Source: a bacterium (GTDB lineage: Bacteria; Bdellovibrionota_C; UBA2361; SZUA-149; JAGRAN01). From it: 60,098 nucleotides of DNA. Location: the NCBI GenBank assembly GCA_030431555.1, contig JAUIIP010000002.1, positions 1 to 60,098 of the forward strand, written 5' to 3'. Below the pieces are notes generated by a model, which made no database searches, was not told where the DNA came from, and was given only the letters and a program-made list of their open reading frames with translations. How positions within the stretch are numbered: position 1 is the first letter of the stretch; each line of letters begins with the position of its first letter. This document shows, piece by piece, positions 53,919 to 60,098 of this stretch. A program made the translations under genes and the position numbers.

Positions 53919-54068
53919 CTCTGTATTGTCAGTAGTTTAGCATCGTCACGCCTTATTTTTGTTCTTTTTTGTAAAAAATATGAGCGGCACCTCTAGTATT
54001 TCCGACAAATTTCGTTATAATACCGCCTCGCATGCAGCGGTTTTGAGGTAAGTTAAGCAATACCAAAT

Positions 54069-54085
54069 AGTTATATAATATAACT
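54069..54085. promoter_or_regulatory. Perfect 8-1-8 palindrome AGTTATATAATATAACT in the AT-rich region upstream of the chain-length-determinant gene
   Basis: Read directly from the sequence, 60 nt upstream of the 54145 start. Possible operator overlapping a TATAAT-like box. Confidence 0.3.
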
Positions 54086-54144
54086 CACGCAATATCTTAG
54101 GGAACTGATAACCCTGACACGAGACAAATCGAGCAATTAGTCGC

Positions 54145-55701
54145 ATGAAATCACTTAGTTTTTCTAATTCTCCTCAGAGAAACACAAACGAACTGCTGGC
54201 ATTAGTAGGACAAGCGATTAAGCGCTATTGGCGCATCGCGCTTGGACCTGCGGTAGTACTCTGCGGGCTAATCACGACTTTCGCCATTGCGGTGCCGGAC
54301 TATTACTCAGCCAGCTCACTTCTCTACATCCAGCCGCAGAGAGTGCAGACAAAAATTATTCGCGAGCCAGATGAACGCGAAATGCGTTCCAGACTCGACT
54401 CTATAGTACAGGAAATTCTGTCTCGTCCGCGCCTGAGAGCGATTATCGAAAAATTTGACCTTTATCCCTCGATGCGCGGCCCCAAGGGAATCGAGTCGGC
54501 GATTTACACTTTGCGCACAAAGATAAAGATTACCCCCGTGAAATCGCCTACCGGTTTAGAGCTACTGCAAACCTTTAGGCTGACATTCACTCACGGGAAC
54601 CCGGAGACCGCCTATCGGGTTACTCAAGCTGTCACTAACTTATTTATTGAAGAAAGCCTGCTGTCTCGCCGAACCGAGATTCAGAGCACCGAAGAATTTA
54701 TCGACGCACAGCTTTACGACGCACGTAAGAAGCTCGAAGAAACCGAAGCCAAAGTTCAGAAATTTATCAGCGGTAACTTCAAGCAGCTTCCGGAACATTT
54801 GAATGCTGCAATTGCACGCTTGGAGAATTTGCAGGCTCAGCTAACCACCAATGCTCAGATGCTTTCAGCGAACACCGTGCGTCGGCAGAACTTGGAGACT
54901 GAGTTGGCAAGTGCCCGCAGAAACGCCGGAGGCGTCAGCGCAGCCGAGACTTCTACCGATCCGAATGAGGCGGTTGCTCAGCTTGAATCTGCGCTCGTCG
55001 TTCTTCAGAGTAAGTATTCGGACGAGCACCCGGATGTTATCAAGACTAAGCAGCGAATCAACGCTCTTAAGAACCAGCTTGATCAAAGTGGGGTTTCCAA
55101 GACTAGGCCAACCAGCACTTCGCCGGTTGTGCGCTCGATTCGCAGCCAAATAACAGACGTAGACGCACAGCTTGCTGCATTGCAGAAAGAAAATGCCGGT
55201 CTAAAAAGGTCGATTGAAGAGCTGCAGAAAGACATCCAAGCTATGCCCCTCAAAGAACAGGAGCTGCTGAAAATCAAACGCGATTACACCAATGTGAAGG
55301 CTAACTATGAGCGCCTGCTCGCTGCAAAAGAAGACGCTTCACTGCAAAACAGCTTGATGCAGAGCCAGAAAGCTTCGCAGTTCAAAATCATTGAGCCGGC
55401 AGAACTACCTGCTTTCGCAGCCGGCCCAAACAGGAAGTTGTTTCTAGTCTCGGGCATAGCAGTATCGGTCGTGCTTTTCGTCGCGCTGCTGACACTGCTC
55501 TACTTCCTTAACGGTTCGTTTAAGGACAGAGACGAAATGGAATCCGAAACGGGACTAACGGTACTCGGATTGATTCCGCCTATGGCCACACCGGAAACAG
55601 TTGCTTATGAGAAGCGGCTCACTTCGGTCTCCGTATTTGCATCTGCGCTTTCGCTGGCAAGCGGAAGCCTGCTGATTGTATTCTTGATCAACAGAGTTTA
55701 G
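54145..55701 (+). CDS. Polysaccharide chain-length determinant (Wzz/GumC-type, PEP-CTERM-locus form)
   Basis: N- and C-terminal TM helices flank a ~400-aa coiled-coil periplasmic domain. The YSDEHPDV motif is typical of the family. Confidence 0.8.
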   Translation: MKSLSFSNSPQRNTNELLALVGQAIKRYWRIALGPAVVLCGLITTFAIAVPDYYSASSLLYIQPQRVQTKIIREPDEREMRSRLDSIVQEILSRPRLRAIIEKFDLYPSMRGPKGIESAIYTLRTKIKITPVKSPTGLELLQTFRLTFTHGNPETAYRVTQAVTNLFIEESLLSRRTEIQSTEEFIDAQLYDARKKLEETEAKVQKFISGNFKQLPEHLNAAIARLENLQAQLTTNAQMLSANTVRRQNLETELASARRNAGGVSAAETSTDPNEAVAQLESALVVLQSKYSDEHPDVIKTKQRINALKNQLDQSGVSKTRPTSTSPVVRSIRSQITDVDAQLAALQKENAGLKRSIEELQKDIQAMPLKEQELLKIKRDYTNVKANYERLLAAKEDASLQNSLMQSQKASQFKIIEPAELPAFAAGPNRKLFLVSGIAVSVVLFVALLTLLYFLNGSFKDRDEMESETGLTVLGLIPPMATPETVAYEKRLTSVSVFASALSLASGSLLIVFLINRV

Positions 55702-55711
55702 TGAGGGAATT

Positions 55712-56575
55712 GTGCAAGAAGCAAGCAAGCCACAAGCCAAAGTAATTAAGCTTAGCGAACCTGATACCGACAGGAACCGCCATAAAAAGGAAAACTCCCT
55801 TTATCAAGGAAGCATTCTTTTGGCAGACGGCGAAGTCGAGTCACCGGCTGCAGCTGAGCGCTTTCGAATCCTGCGCGCGAAAATCGAACGCTTGAATCTT
55901 CGGCGTGAAAACAACTATCACGTCCTTGCGGTGACGAGTGCCGTTGCGCAAGAGGGCAAGAGTGTTACCTCGGTCAATTTGGCGCGCGCGCTGAGCATCG
56001 ACCCGGCGGGTAAGACGCTGTTGATTGATTGCGACCTGCGCCGACCCACCGTCCACAAATTCTTCAACCTTCAGCAGGAACAGGGACTGAGTGATGCCAT
56101 CGCAGGCGAAGCGGGTATTTTCGACGTTATCAAGCCTGTCACGCCTAGATTGGACGTAATCACGGCGGGAACTCCAATTTCGGACCCCCCTCAGGCAATT
56201 GAGAGGCCGGACATTCCCCGATTCCTTCACCTGCTTAGAAGCAAGTATCGGTATATCGTTGTTGACTGCCCGCCGGCTCTGCTATGCTCGGAGCCAATAC
56301 GGCTAAGTTCAATCGTCGACGCGACTTTGCTGGTGGTAAGAGCCTGGCGAACCGAAAAACGCCTGGTTAAAGACGCCGTTGAAGTCATTGGAGAATCAAA
56401 GATTCTCGGTGTAGTGATGAACGACGCTGTTGACGCATCGAAGCCCTATCTCGATTACGGATATTACGGCTACCGACCGCGTCGCGTGGAAGGTGCACTA
56501 GACTTTGAATTTAACAATGACCAAGCCAACCCAAGCGAAGTACAACAAAGCGCAGCTAACGGAACAGCCGATTAG
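55712..56575 (+). CDS. Exopolysaccharide tyrosine-autokinase-like P-loop ATPase (CpsD/EpsG type)
   Basis: Walker A AVAQEGKS, Walker A' LLIDCDLRRP, Walker B-like YIVVDCPP. C-terminus with Tyr residues (YLDYGYYGY). Confidence 0.8.
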   Translation: MQEASKPQAKVIKLSEPDTDRNRHKKENSLYQGSILLADGEVESPAAAERFRILRAKIERLNLRRENNYHVLAVTSAVAQEGKSVTSVNLARALSIDPAGKTLLIDCDLRRPTVHKFFNLQQEQGLSDAIAGEAGIFDVIKPVTPRLDVITAGTPISDPPQAIERPDIPRFLHLLRSKYRYIVVDCPPALLCSEPIRLSSIVDATLLVVRAWRTEKRLVKDAVEVIGESKILGVVMNDAVDASKPYLDYGYYGYRPRRVEGALDFEFNNDQANPSEVQQSAANGTAD

Positions 56576-57185
56576 CGGAGACAAACTTATTCGGCTGCTG
56601 GTGCTGCTGGTATTCAGCTCAGCGCTGATGACATCGGGCTGTAGATTCTCGGCGCCCGGCGTCGAAGAGCAGGAAGTCTTGGCCCAAAAAGGCGCTTTTT
56701 CCGGAGGGGCGCCAGCTTGGTCTTCTCTCTCCAGCATCGGACGCTCGCAGGAGGGCTTGACCCCAACTCAATTTGGGACCAGGTCAATTCACGACAGCAC
56801 AGATCGTACTTTTTCTTCCAGCGACAACCTGCGAAGAGAAAGGCGGGCCAAGCTGGACTCGATGATGGAAACACAAGACACTAACGCGATTCAGGACGTT
56901 CGAGCTGGGTCACCGCTCGCCCGAATCACAGCACTCTGCCCATCGGTCGAGGAGTCCGTAACCGAAGCGATCACCACCACTGATCGCGATTCAAGAATTA
57001 AAAAGTATCGTCAACTAACTAGAAGCTGTCCCGACAGCGCAGACATCTGGCTATGGCTTGGTCGAGATTATAAATCCGCTGGGCGCACCTCAGAAGCTCG
57101 GCAAGCCTTGGAGCAGGCAAGCTATCTAGATCCCGCTAATGCGGAAGCAAAGCAGCTGCTGAGCGAAATCGGCGATAAAAAGTAA
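56517..57185 (+). CDS. Lipoprotein with C-terminal TPR-like repeats
   Basis: Lipobox ALMTSGC. The C-terminus WLWLGRDYKSAGRTSEARQALEQASYLDPANAEA is TPR-like. The start is uncertain (TTG 56505 or ATG 56517) and either overlaps the upstream gene. Confidence 0.55.
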   Translation: MTKPTQAKYNKAQLTEQPISGDKLIRLLVLLVFSSALMTSGCRFSAPGVEEQEVLAQKGAFSGGAPAWSSLSSIGRSQEGLTPTQFGTRSIHDSTDRTFSSSDNLRRERRAKLDSMMETQDTNAIQDVRAGSPLARITALCPSVEESVTEAITTTDRDSRIKKYRQLTRSCPDSADIWLWLGRDYKSAGRTSEARQALEQASYLDPANAEAKQLLSEIGDKK

Positions 57186-57188
57186 GCG

Positions 57189-58337
57189 CTAAGCCTTTGT
57201 CGGCTCCCAGGTAACCATTCGCTTTCCGCGCAGCAGGCTCAGCCAAGCATGCGCTATTGCCGCGTTGCTGAGCATAAAATACAGCGCAATTCTGCAGATG
57301 ATATTCTCATGCGCCGCGGGCAGATACCACGCGAAACCCGCGGCTAGCAGAAACACGTAAACCGCTCCAAGACCGGCGGTAAAGACCGCCACACTATCTG
57401 TTGTAGCTAGAAGAACGCCTACGCCAGCTATAAGAAAGAATGGTATCAACCAGCGAAAAAGCTTGTGGCTTAGGAATTGCAGAGAGAAGAATCCGTATTT
57501 CAACGGAATCATCAACGGCCAATAGCGAAAATAACAAGTCAAACCTCTTAGAACTGTTCTGACCTTTCGTCCGTATTCTTTAGAGGTTTCTGCTTGCACA
57601 CCGTATGAGCACGGGACGTCCTTGGCCAACACACTTCTAAATCCATGCCGAACGGCGTTAAGCGCCGTAAAAAAGTCACTGGGGATATCTTCATGCCAGT
57701 CTTCGCAGACGCTTCGACGCGCAGCGAAGCACGAGCCGCTCAAGCCAACCAGGGAGCAAACCCGTGACTCAAGCTGCCTAAGCCACATTTCGTAACGCAC
57801 GTAGAGCGCCTCCCCGCTCAAGCCTTCGGGCAGCGCATCGATACTGCTAACAGCTCCGATCCTATCGTCACGAAAATACGCCAGAAAGTTCGACAGCGCG
57901 TCCGGCTCCAACTGAGCCCGCACGTCGGTGAAAACTATTATCTCTCCCTCGGTATTTTCTATAGCAACCTGCTGACCGCTTTCCTTCCCCGCACGATCAT
58001 CTAATCGTATCAGGCGAACGTCCATATCGCGGTATTCACGGACTATATCGTCAGTCCCATCCGAACTCTCGTCTGAGACTATAACTATCTCAACCGAGCT
58101 GGCGTCCTGCTGATTTATCGCCAGAGTGTTAACAATCTTCTCGCGAATGAAACGCTCCGCGTTCCTGGCAGGTATAATAAACGTCACACTCGGCTTATCT
58201 TCCCGACCGCTGTCTTTAACCTTTCGCCTCACAATCAGCGACAAGATCAGCATTAATATCGGATATCCAATATAGGTATAGGCTACAAAGCCGAAACAGC
58301 CGACAACGAAGGCATTTGCGGGAAACATACTGCTCAT
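57189..58337 (-). CDS. Family 2 glycosyltransferase with membrane-spanning segments
   Basis: VTFIIPARNAE ... IVSDESSDGT (GT2 DxD region). N- and C-terminal TM helices. Confidence 0.8.
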   Translation of the reverse strand: MSSMFPANAFVVGCFGFVAYTYIGYPILMLILSLIVRRKVKDSGREDKPSVTFIIPARNAERFIREKIVNTLAINQQDASSVEIVIVSDESSDGTDDIVREYRDMDVRLIRLDDRAGKESGQQVAIENTEGEIIVFTDVRAQLEPDALSNFLAYFRDDRIGAVSSIDALPEGLSGEALYVRYEMWLRQLESRVCSLVGLSGSCFAARRSVCEDWHEDIPSDFFTALNAVRHGFRSVLAKDVPCSYGVQAETSKEYGRKVRTVLRGLTCYFRYWPLMIPLKYGFFSLQFLSHKLFRWLIPFFLIAGVGVLLATTDSVAVFTAGLGAVYVFLLAAGFAWYLPAAHENIICRIALYFMLSNAAIAHAWLSLLRGKRMVTWEPTKA

Positions 58338-59623
58338 GATTCACTCAAAACTTCTCGGACGATAGCTCGTCCACGCTCGATATCATCCTCAGAAACATAC
58401 TGATGAACGGGCAAAGTAACAATCCGCCGGGCAACTTCTTTTGCCGCCGGGCAGTCCCCCTCATCAACATAAGGCTTTAACTCATCAAACTCGACCAGAG
58501 CCCGGTCATAGGATGGGCTGGCGCCGAGTCCGGCTTCAGTCATGCGCTCCAGCAAATCGTCGCGCTGCTCAGCCGACCGAAGGATTACCGGATAGCGTGT
58601 GGGAATTACGTTCCCATCAAACTTCAGGCCTCTCTCGACAAACGGCTCGATTATATCCAAGTCTTCCAATCGCTCGTGCCAGCGGCGGGCATTAGCCAGG
58701 GAACGCCTGGTAATCTCCGGTGCGCTGCTGAGCTGGGCAATCGCCGCAGCCAACATCTGCTCGCTCAGCACCTCATCACTAAAGTCTAGTTCACATGAGG
58801 TCACTCCAAGCCCAAGGCCCGGCAGCGAAGCAACCTTAGCGTACCACTTTGGCTGCTCTAGTTTAGGAAGCACGGCAAGCATCAGCATATGCTTCAAAGA
58901 GCTCAGAGCAGAAGCGCTGACTTGTCTTGAACGCTGTAGTTCTCTTACCACACCCCTGATCGCCGAAGGATCGACTGCCGAATGCGTAGACCCTTCTTCG
59001 CTCGGAACTAGGACCGCACCGCCTCCGATGCCGCAGAGGGACTTCCCTCGCCCAAAGCTAAGCACGCCAAACTGAGTTCGCGCACCGACAGACATGTCAT
59101 CAACTGCGGACAGAACAGCCTGACAAGCATCGTCCACCACTATCCTAGACTCGCCGCTCCAGATGTCAGTCCTATCCGGCAGTCCGAACAAGTTAGAAAG
59201 GACGACTACTTCAGGACCGGCTGACGGTGAAAGAAGCAGCATATCCAGTGTCTCCGGCGTAACATCGGCCAGCCTCAGCCTCAGTCCGGCCTGCACCACC
59301 GCGGCCGCCACATCCGGGCAGGTATATGCCGAGACAACAGCGTGAGTGCACCCGTAACGCTCTTTTAGCTGCCCACACAGCAGTGCAAGGGCCTGTTTTC
59401 CGCTGCCGGCGCAAATTACTCGATCCAATCCAAGCGCTTGTGCGATAAGTCGTTCGGCGGCCTTAAGCCTTGTAGCGTAGCCGGAAGAGCCTTCATCTCC
59501 TCCAATCTCACTTGCGGCGTGCTTGATAAGACGGCGCGCGTGCTTTAAGTCGGTTGACCGAGGGAAATTACCGGCTGGCGCCAGCACACGTGACGGCTTT
59601 GGGCGTGAGTCTGTTCGTGCCAT
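58334..59623 (-). CDS. DegT/DnrJ/EryC1/StrS-family aminotransferase-like protein
   Basis: AYTCPDVAAAV, VVDDACQA and SFGRGKSL (PLP-lysine region). ATGA overlap with the GT2 gene. Confidence 0.7.
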   Translation of the reverse strand: MARTDSRPKPSRVLAPAGNFPRSTDLKHARRLIKHAASEIGGDEGSSGYATRLKAAERLIAQALGLDRVICAGSGKQALALLCGQLKERYGCTHAVVSAYTCPDVAAAVVQAGLRLRLADVTPETLDMLLLSPSAGPEVVVLSNLFGLPDRTDIWSGESRIVVDDACQAVLSAVDDMSVGARTQFGVLSFGRGKSLCGIGGGAVLVPSEEGSTHSAVDPSAIRGVVRELQRSRQVSASALSSLKHMLMLAVLPKLEQPKWYAKVASLPGLGLGVTSCELDFSDEVLSEQMLAAAIAQLSSAPEITRRSLANARRWHERLEDLDIIEPFVERGLKFDGNVIPTRYPVILRSAEQRDDLLERMTEAGLGASPSYDRALVEFDELKPYVDEGDCPAAKEVARRIVTLPVHQYVSEDDIERGRAIVREVLSES

Positions 59624-59633
59624 AATCGCAATT

Positions 59634-60098
59634 ATGCTAAACGCAATATCAGTCGACGTCGAGGAGTACTTTCACGCAACCAATCTTGACCCGTATGTGG
59701 GGCGAACCCGCTGGGACGAGATGAGCAGCCGTGCGCGGGAGTCGATTGAAGCTACGCTTGAAGTCTTCAAGCGTACGGAGACTCGAGGCACCTTCTTCGT
59801 GCTTGGCCACTTCGCAAAGCGCAACCCGGAACTGGTCAAGCTGCTTAGCGAGGCTGGCCACGAGATTGCTTCCCACGGATTCAATCACGACCTTGCCTAC
59901 CTGCTGTCACCGGATGAATTCTTCGAAGACGTAAGTAGCACAAAGCATTTGCTCGAAGATATTTGCGGCACGGAAGTGCACGGCTACAGAGCGCCGAATT
60001 TCTCGATTACGGAGAAGAACCCCTGGGCGTATGAGAAATTGGTCGAAGCCGGCTACAAATACGATTCGAGCGTCTATCCGGTTTGGCACCCACGCTAT
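59634..60098 (+). CDS. Polysaccharide deacetylase (PEP-CTERM-locus subfamily-like), 5' partial that runs off the window
   Basis: Absent from the ORF track because no stop lies inside the window. The ATG at 59634 opens MLNAISVDVEEYFHATN...GTFFVLGHFAKRNPELVKLLSEAGHEIASHGFNHD, in frame to 60098. Confidence 0.8.
   Translation, partial: MLNAISVDVEEYFHATNLDPYVGRTRWDEMSSRARESIEATLEVFKRTETRGTFFVLGHFAKRNPELVKLLSEAGHEIASHGFNHDLAYLLSPDEFFEDVSSTKHLLEDICGTEVHGYRAPNFSITEKNPWAYEKLVEAGYKYDSSVYPVWHPRY

Noticed and set aside
1-60098. Defence systems, toxin-antitoxin pairs, reverse transcriptases, integrases, transposases, and tRNA or rRNA genes
   Set aside because: I scanned the translated ORFs and the intergenic regions by eye and found no nuclease, RT, recombinase or cloverleaf-like signatures. 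Their absence is provisional without HMM, tRNAscan and Infernal searches.

Overview
This is 60.1 kb from a diderm bacterium of mid-range GC; BamA, TamB, many lipoproteins and a PEP-CTERM-style EPS locus support that. I recognised no rRNA, tRNA, CRISPR array, integrase, transposase or relaxase. There are four blocks. (1) 1-18.2 kb is a conjugation-type type IV secretion (T4SS) locus. A minus-strand operon carries a large membrane protein, a TraD/VirD4-like coupling ATPase and a small ORF. A divergent plus-strand operon has the F/G-type core order TraL-, TraE-, TraK-, TraB-, TraV-like then TraC/VirB4. It is followed by an unusual tail: two paralogous small lipoproteins, a membrane protein, a bPH-domain membrane protein, a 675-aa coiled-coil/SH3b protein and an M23 peptidase. 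No TraU/W/N/F/H/G-like genes are seen. (2) 18.2-28.7 kb is an envelope-modification cluster: two coupled GT-C-like membrane proteins, a TSUP transporter, an HTTM-DCC fusion with a small partner, an ArnT/GT39-like protein and a membrane-fused spermidine-synthase-like protein. Its right-hand ~6.3 kb (TSUP transporter to spermidine-synthase-like gene) is bracketed by two paralogous VirB2/TraA-like pilin precursor genes; the GT-C-like pair lies just left of the first pilin gene. A direct-plus-inverted repeat element sits at the T4SS/cluster junction. (3) 28.7-48.1 kb is housekeeping: purC, ECF sigma, nucleosidase, trmFO, E2 acyltransferase, a lipB-lipA fusion ORF, tamB, bamA, trxA, thiS-thiG-thiE. 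It is interrupted at about 33.2-34.45 kb by a 1.2 kb high-GC single-gene island with actinobacterial-style codon usage. (4) 48.1-60.1 kb is an exopolysaccharide locus: export protein, TPR lipoprotein, ECF sigma plus zf-HC2 anti-sigma, chain-length determinant, tyrosine-kinase-like ATPase, GT2, DegT-type aminotransferase, and a deacetylase that runs off the window. The best candidates for something undescribed are the reduced T4SS with its non-canonical accessory module, the remote dual pilin genes, and the high-GC orphan gene. All functional calls rest on motifs I read by eye, not on database searches.
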